Shown here piece after piece: positions 19,922-28,373 of a stretch of 64,000 bases of DNA; the first letter of the stretch is position 1; each line of letters opens with the position of its first letter. Source of the DNA: Promethearchaeota archaeon (GTDB taxonomy: Archaea; Asgardarchaeota; Lokiarchaeia; Sigyniarchaeales; SOKP01); assembly GCA_048938005.1 (NCBI GenBank), contig JBHLMQ010000006.1, positions 1 to 64,000 of the forward strand, given 5' to 3'. Made by a program: the position numbers and the translations under genes. Below the pieces are notes generated by a model, which searched no databases, was not told the DNA's origin, and saw only the letters and a list, made by a program, of their open reading frames with translations.

Positions 19922-20641
19922 TTATATTAACTTATTCAAAAATTCTTCTACTTCATCTTTACTGCACATATGAAACTGTTTATCCTCTGATTTTATATAA
20001 GCAAGTCGGATGTTTTCTTTTGTGGCATCTTCATCAATTGACTCTTTAAGCGCGTTTAACGCTAGATTTAATGTCTCCTCAAAAGTCAAATTTTCTTTAT
20101 AATGTTCAATTAGATATTCTCGAGCAGCTGCTTCTCCAGTCCCGATGGCATAAGCTTTAAATGAACGATATATTCCACTAGGCGATGTAGTATAAATCTG
20201 AGGACCACTAGCATCAATAGCAATAAAAAAGAGTGCACAACCGAATGGTCTAATACCCCCATACTGAGTATACATTTGCTTCAAATCTGCAATAGCTTTT
20301 GCTAGCATACTCAGACGAACGGGCTCATCATATGTTAATCTAAATGATTGAGCTTGAACACGTGCATAATTAATAAGAGTACGGGAGTCAGCATGCAAAC
20401 CAGAAATCGCTACTCCAATATGTTCATCAACCTGAAAAATTTTATCAATCGAATCAGCGTTCATTAATATTGATGGAATTTTTATTTGAGCTGCTAAACA
20501 CACATCTTCATTAGATTTAATGGCAACCGCGAGTGTTCCACGCCTTACTGCCTCTAATGCATACTCTACTTGGAATAGGCGCCCTTCTGGGCTAAAAACA
20601 GTTAATGCACGATCATAGGCCCTACCTGCTGCTCCAAACAT
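19922..20641 (-). CDS. psmA: Proteasome alpha subunit
   Basis: 'YDRALTVFSPEGRLFQVEYALEAVRRG' and 'QYGGIRPFG'. Confidence 0.97.
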   Translation of the reverse strand: MFGAAGRAYDRALTVFSPEGRLFQVEYALEAVRRGTLAVAIKSNEDVCLAAQIKIPSILMNADSIDKIFQVDEHIGVAISGLHADSRTLINYARVQAQSFRLTYDEPVRLSMLAKAIADLKQMYTQYGGIRPFGCALFFIAIDASGPQIYTTSPSGIYRSFKAYAIGTGEAAAREYLIEHYKENLTFEETLNLALNALKESIDEDATKENIRLAYIKSEDKQFHMCSKDEVEEFLNKLI

Positions 20642-20722
20642 ATAATTTACCTATTATTATTTAGTTTTATAGTTTAAAATTTACAACTAAATTTTAATTT
20701 ATTGTTTATAACAAATAAAAAG

Positions 20723-21271
20723 CTATATCTTTTTTGTATGTTCTACTATTGCTAAAGTTATATTTTTAAATACCGGCTCAATTTTGACATCATGCTTAGC
20801 ACTTGTCTCATAATAGGCTATTGCATTTATTTCATCCTTCAATGCTTCCCCATCTCCTTCTCCAACCTCTCTGTTACCTTGTTCTGCTAAATCTAATTTA
20901 TTTCCGACAAGCACAGAAGGCTTACCATTACCAACTACTTTTTCTACTTCGGTTTTCCAATCTAAAATATTTTGAAATGAGCTCCTTCGGGTTAAATCAA
21001 ATGTATATATAAGACCGCTCGCACCTCGATAAAATGGTGGACGCACAAAGCTAAAATGCTTTTGTCCTGCGAGATCCCATAGTTGTAACTTAATTAAATA
21101 ATTTGGATACTCTTCTAATTCAACTTGTTTTGTCGAAAAGTTAGATCCAATAGTCATGATATAATTTTCTTTAAAAGTATTTTCACAATATCTTAATACC
21201 ATACTAGTTTTTCCTACTCCGCCATCTCCTACAATACATACCTTATAGATAAAACTTTTTGTTACAGCCAT
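20723..21271 (-). CDS. Rab-like small GTPase (Ras superfamily)
   Basis: G1 GDGGVGKT, G2 'TIG', G3 WDLAGQ, G4 NKLD, G5 ETSAK; no C-terminal prenylation cysteines. Confidence 0.95.
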   Translation of the reverse strand: MAVTKSFIYKVCIVGDGGVGKTSMVLRYCENTFKENYIMTIGSNFSTKQVELEEYPNYLIKLQLWDLAGQKHFSFVRPPFYRGASGLIYTFDLTRRSSFQNILDWKTEVEKVVGNGKPSVLVGNKLDLAEQGNREVGEGDGEALKDEINAIAYYETSAKHDVKIEPVFKNITLAIVEHTKKI

Positions 21272-21450
21272 TTACATCAAACCTTATAAAGAGACTCTTG
21301 AAATCAAATTTTTACTAACTATAAACTTAATTTCTCAGTAAGATAATGATATTTCTATACTTCTTATATTTTTTTTATAATATATTATTATATTCAATAC
21401 ATAAAAATAATCATTATTAATTTTTTTTTAATTCACTTTTTAGGGGGAAT

Positions 21451-21549
21451 ATGAAAGTAAGTGATTTAGAAAAGAACATTGAAAAACAAACAAAATTAAT
21501 CCTTAAGTCAAAAAATATTGAAGTACTCACTGAAGCAGGGATGAGTTGA
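21451..21549 (+). pseudogene. Truncated sirtuin N-terminal remnant (32 aa)
   Basis: MKVSDLEKNIEKQTKLILKSKNIEVLTEAGMS* aligns with MSSLEEKIEDLANLILNSENIVVLSGAGMS of the gene at 22655. Confidence 0.8.
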
Positions 21550-21621
21550 TTAAATTAATAAAAAAAAATTTGTTGTAAAAATAAAAATTTACTCCCCTTA
21601 ACAATTAAGGGAAAACCTCAT

Positions 21622-22500
21622 TCATTCTGCGAGCTTTTCTTTGATTTGAACAATTAATTCTTCAGCTTTTTCAGAATCAGTTATAAATTCAATATTATCT
21701 GGTGATGTTATTCCTACTCCTAGCTCCACTGCTCTTTTAATTTGGGCTTGCTCAAAAATTGATCCCTTAGTAACTTCTGGAGTTGTCCCTAGAATTCGTA
21801 ATAATGCAACTCCAACAGCATCAATTGCTACTTTATCTGTCCCTGCTAAAAAAACATTTGCTTTTTTTCGAGTACCATTCATTGGGCCGCCATCTACAAA
21901 AGTAACAAGACCATCCATGATAATTAAGTCTGGTTTATACACAGTATTAATTTCCGCAATCATTTCCCTTTGATACTTAGAAGAGTGCAACTCAGCCATG
22001 TAATCTCTACGCACTAATGCTACTGCGTTTTTTAGTGATAAAGTAAAATGCCCACCATACCTATGAGTCTTTAAACAACAGGTCTCAACAATACATTCTG
22101 CATCATCATATATTTTAGCAAAAAGAAAACCTTCTTTCCAATGATTGTCTTTTGGTTTTTTAAGAACGTAAGCATCTTTAGGTACATCAGTTAAATCAAC
22201 AATATTAAATTCTAATTCTTTTGCTAACTTATATAATCCTTTTTTCTTAAATGTTTCAGCAGTGTTAACTGGACCACTCCGTTCCGCAACTGTAATGGAT
22301 TTTGCACCCATTTCTTTTATCTTAATGATAAGTTGCTTTACAGTTTCCATTGAACTTGAAGCAGGAGGAGGATCAGCAGTATTAAAATTCGGTTTAAAAA
22401 TTACATTTTTATCTTTAACAGGATTAATAGCTAATAATTCAAAGGACTTATTAACACCATAAATACGATCTTTTGTAGAAATAACTGCTATTTCTGTCAT
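21622..22500 (-). CDS. DUF362 domain protein
   Basis: 'VIFKPNFN', 'LKTHRYGGHFTLSLKN', 'PDLIIMDG', 'DKVAIDAVG'; ATG at 22500 follows a GGTGA SD. Confidence 0.85.
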   Translation of the reverse strand: MTEIAVISTKDRIYGVNKSFELLAINPVKDKNVIFKPNFNTADPPPASSSMETVKQLIIKIKEMGAKSITVAERSGPVNTAETFKKKGLYKLAKELEFNIVDLTDVPKDAYVLKKPKDNHWKEGFLFAKIYDDAECIVETCCLKTHRYGGHFTLSLKNAVALVRRDYMAELHSSKYQREMIAEINTVYKPDLIIMDGLVTFVDGGPMNGTRKKANVFLAGTDKVAIDAVGVALLRILGTTPEVTKGSIFEQAQIKRAVELGVGITSPDNIEFITDSEKAEELIVQIKEKLAE

Positions 22501-22654
22501 ATAATTCACCATACTTTTGTTAATAGACAATATTTATAAAAATAAAATGTTAATTCTTAATCAAAATTTCTTTAATTTGATATAATATTATAATCTATAA
22601 TTTCAATTTATACCGGTTTTTTTTTTAATAATTACTTTTTGGAGTATTGAATTA

Positions 22655-23431
22655 ATGTCGAGTTTAGAAGAAAAAATTGAGGATCTTGCAAATTTAATCC
22701 TAAACTCAGAAAATATCGTTGTTTTATCTGGAGCAGGAATGTCTACTGAAAGTGGCATACAAGACTTCCGGTCACCAGGTACAGGATTATGGGAAAAAGT
22801 AGATCCATATGAATTTGCTTCAATATATTCCTATGTGGCAAATCCCGCTAAAAATTTAGAATTTATGTTAGAGACAGGTAAGGCTATTTTTAGAGCACGA
22901 CCAAATAAAGGGCATAAAGCATTGACAAAACTTCAAAAACTAGGGAAATTAAAGGGAATTCTCACACAAAATATTGATAGATTGCATCATAAAGCAAAGA
23001 CTAAAAACATTGTTGAATTTCATGGAAATGCTTATGAGGCAAAATGCATGAGGTGTGGGCAAATATATCAAATAAGTTTCATGGTAAATCAAGTACTAGG
23101 AGGAAATTATTCCCCTTCTTGTAGGAAATGTTCTGGAGTATTAAAACCTAATGCCATTTTTTTTGGTGAACCTCTTGAGTCTAAGACACTCGAAGCAGCG
23201 GATAAAATGATTGTTGATTGTGATTTATTACTTGTTCTCGGATCTTCACTTGTAGTTTACCCTGTTGCCTTTTATCCTCAAAAAGCGCTGTCAAATGGAG
23301 CAAAATTAGCTATTATCAATATTCAAGAAACTGACATGGATACGGTTGCAGAAGTAGTAATTCATGAAAAAATAGGAGATGTACTTCCAAAAGTAGTTTC
23401 CATTGTTGAAAGTAAAGTAAATACAAATTAA
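22655..23431 (+). CDS. cobB: NAD-dependent protein deacylase (Sir2/CobB family)
   Basis: 'GAGMSTESGIQDFRS', 'TQNIDRLH', 'EFHG', two CxxC, 'GSSLVVYP'. Confidence 0.93.
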   Translation: MSSLEEKIEDLANLILNSENIVVLSGAGMSTESGIQDFRSPGTGLWEKVDPYEFASIYSYVANPAKNLEFMLETGKAIFRARPNKGHKALTKLQKLGKLKGILTQNIDRLHHKAKTKNIVEFHGNAYEAKCMRCGQIYQISFMVNQVLGGNYSPSCRKCSGVLKPNAIFFGEPLESKTLEAADKMIVDCDLLLVLGSSLVVYPVAFYPQKALSNGAKLAIINIQETDMDTVAEVVIHEKIGDVLPKVVSIVESKVNTN

Positions 23432-23730
23432 AAAAGTAAAAAGGCAAAAATAAAAAATTAAAAGAGAATTTCAGACTTTACATAAAAAAATTTTAGAGAT
23501 TATAATTAATTTGATGATATCCTCAGGTACTCCTCACGATTAAAAAGTTTCTTTACTTTATTTTTACTTTTAATTACCCCTCTCTGTCTCCACGAAACCA
23601 TCTTACTCTTAAAAGATTATTTTTTCTCAAAAAAAGAAATGATAATTCTACACTATAGAGAAATTGCGTGTATTTCAGAAAATTGTCGGCGTATCTTTGT
23701 TTTATTTTGAAGGATGGTTACTTCATATTG

Positions 23731-24477
23731 ATGACGTTTGACTCAGGACTCAAGGTATTTAAAAGGAACAATCATTTTTCACTCATTTCAAGCGGGGATG
23801 CCACACTAGACGAATTGCTTTCTGGGGGGTTTCACCGAGATTTAGTTTATTTACTCTATGGAGATAAGAAACTAACAACAAATATTTTATTAACAACGGC
23901 TGTTATTGTTCAAAAAGCTTTTAACAATGGAGGGCTTGGAGAAGGTATTAGAGTCGCCTTTATCGACGGAAATAATCGATTTAATCCTTATAATGTAAGC
24001 AAGTTTGCTGTGTCACAAAATCTCTCCCCCCGGAAAGTGTTAGAAAACATTTTTATTTCACGAGCGTTTACATGGGATCAAATGGTTGAGATTTTGGAGA
24101 ATAGGCTTTCCACGCTTGGAGATGTGAAAGTTGTGTTAATCTCTGGGATTACAACTTTGTTTGAAGGCTATGAAAAACAGACTTTTGAAGATCTGCTGGG
24201 AACAATAGATGGAATTAAACAAATACTCTGGAAAACAAAACCTTTCATTATTATAACAGCACCATTACATGAAAATTCCCTTTTCAGACCGAAGGGGGGA
24301 AAAATTCTTTCTCATTTTGGAAATGTGTTAGTAATGATAAATGATGACGAACGATATATGGAATATACCCTTGTTCAGCATCCTTACTTGCCTGAAAATA
24401 GGTTGTTAAAGTGGAAGCCCCGTAAACCTAAGAAAAAAGTTCCTTTAAAGAATGCGACATTAGATTATTGGGTTTAG
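23731..24477 (+). CDS. Inactivated RadA/RecA-superfamily protein (iRadA, PolB2-associated type)
   Basis: 'SSGDATLDELLSGG', 'AFIDGNNRFNP', 'VLENIFISRAFTWDQ'; Walker A degenerate (YGDKKLTT); ATG 23731 preferred over GTG 23668. Confidence 0.85.
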   Translation: MTFDSGLKVFKRNNHFSLISSGDATLDELLSGGFHRDLVYLLYGDKKLTTNILLTTAVIVQKAFNNGGLGEGIRVAFIDGNNRFNPYNVSKFAVSQNLSPRKVLENIFISRAFTWDQMVEILENRLSTLGDVKVVLISGITTLFEGYEKQTFEDLLGTIDGIKQILWKTKPFIIITAPLHENSLFRPKGGKILSHFGNVLVMINDDERYMEYTLVQHPYLPENRLLKWKPRKPKKKVPLKNATLDYWV

Positions 24478-24644
24478 TTTTCATTTCAACTGAATTTGTT
24501 TCCAGTGTTTTCTATCTATTAATAAAAGGTGAATTTATCTATACCATACTGATTAAATATATAAGGGTGAATAGCTTTTTAAGAATGCGAGATAATAGTC
24601 AATAGTATCTAATAAAAAATTAATTTCGACAGATGTGAAAAATT

Positions 24645-24941
24645 TTGGACATTAAGATTTTTAAAAAAACATTTAAATTTATTTGTGATGAATGTGGAGA
24701 ATTTACACATACAGAAACGGAATATTGCGAAAAATGTGGGGTACAAGCTATAAGGAAGGCAACAAATGAGGATTATACGAGATATGAAATGGAAAAAATG
24801 AGAGACGTTAAAGAACAACGGATAGAAATTGAGAAAGCTGAAGAAACTAGGAAGGTTGCTGAGAAAGCTGAGAAGGTAGCTGAAAAAGCTGAAAAGGCTG
24901 CTCAAAAAGCTGCTAAAAAAGCTAAGAGGAAAGCAGAGTAA
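24645..24941 (+). CDS. Small zinc-ribbon protein with charged helical tail
   Basis: CDECG...CEKCG followed by AEK/VAEK repeats. Confidence 0.7.
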   Translation: MDIKIFKKTFKFICDECGEFTHTETEYCEKCGVQAIRKATNEDYTRYEMEKMRDVKEQRIEIEKAEETRKVAEKAEKVAEKAEKAAQKAAKKAKRKAE

Positions 24942-24957
24942 CTAGCTTAAAATAGAT

Positions 24958-25377
24958 TTAATTTTCATTTTTCTTCTTTTTATACATATTAGGATCTTTT
25001 TTTTCAAGTGTTAAAGGATCACCACCATAATGTATTTTTCTTCCCTGATAATAGAGTGTCGTTTTCTCATTGCAGATTTTATTCCATTCCTCTAATCCTA
25101 GTTTTTTTATCATAATTGAATTATACACCTTGGAATTATGAGGTGTGAAAATTTCAAAATTTACAATAGGTTGTAACATTTCGCAAGGAAAATCAACACA
25201 TTCATAGCAAAAATCATATCCTTTACTAATAACACACTTATAAGTTTTACACTCTGGAAACTTAAGGATTTGACCTTTTTGTTCTCTACATCCTTTGCAT
25301 CCAAAGGATTCTACTCCTGGACATCTCTTGCAATAAATTCCGCAGGGGCCATGCCATTTTTTTAAATCTTCAGTCAT
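24958..25377 (-). CDS. DUF3795-type Cys-rich protein
   Basis: 'PCGIYCKRC', 'CKGCR', 'C..YKC...KG.DFCYEC.DFPC'. Confidence 0.8.
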   Translation of the reverse strand: MTEDLKKWHGPCGIYCKRCPGVESFGCKGCREQKGQILKFPECKTYKCVISKGYDFCYECVDFPCEMLQPIVNFEIFTPHNSKVYNSIMIKKLGLEEWNKICNEKTTLYYQGRKIHYGGDPLTLEKKDPNMYKKKKNEN

Positions 25378-25443
25378 AATTTAAACATTATAATTGGTTT
25401 TATTACGTTAATTTTCTGCGCTATTTATTTTTTTTTTGTTTCC

Positions 25444-25479
25444 TTATAAATTTCGAACTTTATAAATTTCAAACTTTAT
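25444..25479. repeat. 16-bp direct repeat TTATAAATTTCRAACT (2 full copies plus a partial) in a divergent promoter
   Basis: Copies at 25444-25459 and 25460-25475; further AATTTC words at about 25519-25539. Confidence 0.7.
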
Positions 25480-25588
25480 GAAAACATTTAAATAGGTAGA
25501 TTTCTAATATAATGATGGAATTTCTAAATTTCAAATTTCGTGAAAAATTTAAAAATTATTGAACTCAAAATTATAAGATGGGAAAACC

Positions 25589-26794
25589 ATAGAGATTATA
25601 GGATTTGGAATAAATATTTTATGTGTTTTATTAGGATATTTGATAGGTTCAATCTCTCCAGCATATATATTTGGTAAATTAAAACAGTTAGATATAAGAA
25701 AAGAAGGATCGAGTAATGCTGGTATTACAAACATCTATCATACATTAGGGACTTCTTATGCTATTCCAACAGCAATTTTAGACACTTTAAAAGGCGTTTT
25801 TTCAATTTTTATTGCTCAAAGTATAGGTGTTAATTTTTTATGTGCACAATTAAGCGGATTAGCAACTATTATTGGACATGTTTTCCCACTTTATATAGGT
25901 TTTCGAGGTGGTCGAGGCGTCGTTTGTGCTGAAGGAATTTTATTTTTTTATTTACTCCAATATCTTTTCATTAGTATAGATTTCTTATATATCCTTTTAT
26001 TCTTGGTTGTTCTGATAATAATTTTTGCTTATATCTCAAAAAGCGGGAAAATTATACGAGCCATTGTGTTGCCATTGCTAGGATATTCTGCTTTTCTATT
26101 ATATCCTCATAATCCTTACACTTATTTCTTCTATATTGTTGTTGGTTATATCACAGTAGCCAGTATTTTTGGAATTATAACTGATAAGGTAATTCAAGTG
26201 CAGGATGAAAGTTTTAAAACTCATTGGTGGCGTGTTGCTCTCAGACCTTTTGCCTTCATTTTTATAATTTTTTATTTTGCATACTCGAAGTTATTGGCTC
26301 TTACTATCATAGGTATTGTATTCATATGTTTTTTCGGACTTGATATATTTAGATTCTTAAATAGGAAGACTAACGAATTGCTCACAGTAAAAGTGAAATC
26401 ATTCTTTAGAAAAGGTGAGTCGAAAAAATTATCTTCGATGACGCTATTTTTGTTGGCAGCTTTTATTACTATTATTCTATTTGATAAAAACATAGCAATT
26501 ATAGCTTTAAGTTTTCTAATTTTTGGTGATATGTTTAGTAAAATCTTCGGATTAGCTTTCGGTCGAAATAAATTATTTAATAAAACTTTTGAGGGTACGC
26601 TTGCGTATATCGGATCTGTACTCATCTGCAGCTTCTTATTTTACACTTTTTTACGTTTTTCCTTGTTAATTCTAATTATCGGTGGAATTACTGCTCCAAT
26701 GACAGAACTTCTTTCATTTAAAATAAATGATAATTTTACAGTTCCTTTAATTAGTGGAGCTTTTATGACATTAGGAATAATTTTATTCGCATGA
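25589..26794 (+). CDS. PlsY-like acyltransferase fused to a CTP-dependent polyprenol/diacylglycerol kinase-like (Sec59/DGK1/VTE5) domain
   Basis: N-terminal 'GYLIGSIS', 'DIRKEGSSNAGITN', 'GHVFPLYIGFRGGRG'; C-terminal 'FGDMFSKIFG', 'KTFEGT', 'NDNFTVPL'; first TM helix extends upstream of TTG 25640 to ATA 25589. Confidence 0.8.
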   Translation: MEIIGFGINILCVLLGYLIGSISPAYIFGKLKQLDIRKEGSSNAGITNIYHTLGTSYAIPTAILDTLKGVFSIFIAQSIGVNFLCAQLSGLATIIGHVFPLYIGFRGGRGVVCAEGILFFYLLQYLFISIDFLYILLFLVVLIIIFAYISKSGKIIRAIVLPLLGYSAFLLYPHNPYTYFFYIVVGYITVASIFGIITDKVIQVQDESFKTHWWRVALRPFAFIFIIFYFAYSKLLALTIIGIVFICFFGLDIFRFLNRKTNELLTVKVKSFFRKGESKKLSSMTLFLLAAFITIILFDKNIAIIALSFLIFGDMFSKIFGLAFGRNKLFNKTFEGTLAYIGSVLICSFLFYTFLRFSLLILIIGGITAPMTELLSFKINDNFTVPLISGAFMTLGIILFA

Positions 26795-26819
26795 TTACTC
26801 TAGGGAGGTGATCTAAAAA

Positions 26820-26960
26820 GTGAGTTATTTTGTATTTCCTAAGGGAGATATAAAAAAATGTGAATTATGTGAAGGTTATGGTAAAATATATGTTTGGAGA
26901 AGTGATTTAGAAGATTTTGATTTAGTAAAATGTCCAGAATGTAATAAAAAAAAGGATTAA
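26820..26960 (+). CDS. Zinc-finger microprotein, 46 aa (not in ORF track)
   Basis: GGAGGTGA SD then GTG; MSYFVFPKGDIKKCELCEGYGKIYVWRSDLEDFDLVKCPECNKKKD. Confidence 0.75.
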   Translation: MSYFVFPKGDIKKCELCEGYGKIYVWRSDLEDFDLVKCPECNKKKD

Positions 26961-26974
26961 TCTATTAAATCTAA

Positions 26975-27946
26975 TCAGTTTATGCCAAAGAGTTTAGCTG
27001 CATTACTATAAAGCCATTTTTCCTTCACTTTTTCCTTTAAAGGTAATTTCATTACTTCGTCTGCCAATTGTTTTATTGATATTCCCATAAATAGCCAAGT
27101 GGAACCAAATAGAATTTTATCCTGTAAAACAGAATTTCCATAATGTATAAGGGGTTCCCATCCTGTTCCTTTCATACCAATATATTTTGGAAGGTAAGAT
27201 GCAATATCGATATAAATATTTGGATTATGCCATGCGACAGCAACGGTTTCAATTACCCATGGCCATCCTCCATGCCCAGCAATCATTTTTAATTCAGGAA
27301 AGTCTTGAGCAACAACATCTAGATAAATAGGGCGTTCAACTTCCATCGTATGAGTTGAATAGTTAATAGACATATGAAACCATATAGGAATATCAAGTTC
27401 TACGCATATAGAATAAATTGGATACATTTTTTTATGAGTTGGTGGGATTTGAAACATAAATGGTCTAATAGCTATGCCTCTTAAACCTAATTCATATGTT
27501 CTTTTGATTTCTTGTATTGCCTTCTTTTTTTTTAACGGATCAATACCAGCAAATCCTATGAATTTATCAGGAAACTGTCTTACAATTTCAGCATAATAAT
27601 CATTTGGAAGTCCTGCGATCCCGCTAGGAGTTTCCTCATCTAAATTGAAGATAACTGCTTTTTCTACTCCCATTTTATCTAGTTGTTCTACAAAATCTTC
27701 AATTGGCATAGTCAATTTTCTTATTTTAGGTAAAAATGGTTCAATTGCTTCCTTGAGTTCGGAAGTGCTCAGCGTTGATTTCATTTTATAAAGCTCTTCT
27801 GATGTAATACCTAATAGAGGCGCTACTCTTGGACCAAAAATATCTTTAAGATATCGTGCCATTTGCGGAGGTAAAGAAACTAGAAGATCAATAAAAACTT
27901 CTTCGGTTGGTACATAACAAAGAGAATCAATTATCTTATATGTCAT
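26975..27946 (-). CDS. Amidohydrolase family protein (Amidohydro_2)
   Basis: 'FIGFAGIDP', 'IWFH', 'AGHGGWPW', 'KILFGSTW', 'NAAKLFG'. Confidence 0.88.
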   Translation of the reverse strand: MTYKIIDSLCYVPTEEVFIDLLVSLPPQMARYLKDIFGPRVAPLLGITSEELYKMKSTLSTSELKEAIEPFLPKIRKLTMPIEDFVEQLDKMGVEKAVIFNLDEETPSGIAGLPNDYYAEIVRQFPDKFIGFAGIDPLKKKKAIQEIKRTYELGLRGIAIRPFMFQIPPTHKKMYPIYSICVELDIPIWFHMSINYSTHTMEVERPIYLDVVAQDFPELKMIAGHGGWPWVIETVAVAWHNPNIYIDIASYLPKYIGMKGTGWEPLIHYGNSVLQDKILFGSTWLFMGISIKQLADEVMKLPLKEKVKEKWLYSNAAKLFGIN

Positions 27947-28029
27947 CTAATCACCTCTCAAATTCTATATAGTATTATTGTCTAGACTATTATTATTTTG
28001 CTTATTAAAAAAAATCAGAAAATTAGTAT

Positions 28030-28055
28030 TGTATTTCGGTTTTAATTTGCCGAAA
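28030..28055 (+). promoter_or_regulatory. Candidate operator upstream of PPB2-polB2 (TTTCGG-N10-CCGAAA)
   Basis: Perfect 6-bp inverted repeat at 28034-28039 and 28050-28055; a related TGTATTTC(A/G)G element lies upstream of iRadA at 23669. Confidence 0.45.
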
Positions 28056-28097
28056 GACTTTCTTTTTTGGATTTTACCTAAAATAAAAGTGTAAGAA

Positions 28098-28370
28098 ATG
28101 GGAAGAACTGTACCCTCTTTTAGACCTGCGTTAGAACATGAAATTGAAAGCTGGAAGGACTTCAAAAGAGCGCTACGTCCTGAAGAACAGAAGATCTTTG
28201 ATAAATTGATGAACTTTGCTCGAATACATGCAGATGCAGGCAGCATGAGCGCACGCCCGATGGTGTCAGAAGTATTGTTTATTTCCTTTGCAGTTGAACA
28301 AGAAAAAAAAATCGAGATACTAGAAGAGAAAGTAAAAAAGTTAGAAGAAATGATAAAAGAAAAAGGTTAG
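28098..28370 (+). CDS. PolB2 partner protein (arCOG07300/PPB2-like)
   Basis: 'MGRTVPSFR...WKDFKRALRPEEQKIFDKL'; ends 3 bp upstream of polB2. Confidence 0.85.
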   Translation: MGRTVPSFRPALEHEIESWKDFKRALRPEEQKIFDKLMNFARIHADAGSMSARPMVSEVLFISFAVEQEKKIEILEEKVKKLEEMIKEKG

Positions 28371-28373
28371 AGA

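Noticed and set aside
21547-21549. TGA in the sirtuin fragment as a possible selenocysteine codon
   Set aside because: It aligns to Thr rather than Cys, similarity does not continue after it, and another in-frame stop follows shortly
23506-23601. 31-codon minus-strand ORF MVSWRQRGVIKSKNKVKKLFNREEYLRISSN
   Set aside because: Too short, with no clear SD or recognisable motif
25444-25479. Short direct repeats as a CRISPR array
   Set aside because: Copies are adjacent with no spacers, only 16 bp long, and there are no cas genes
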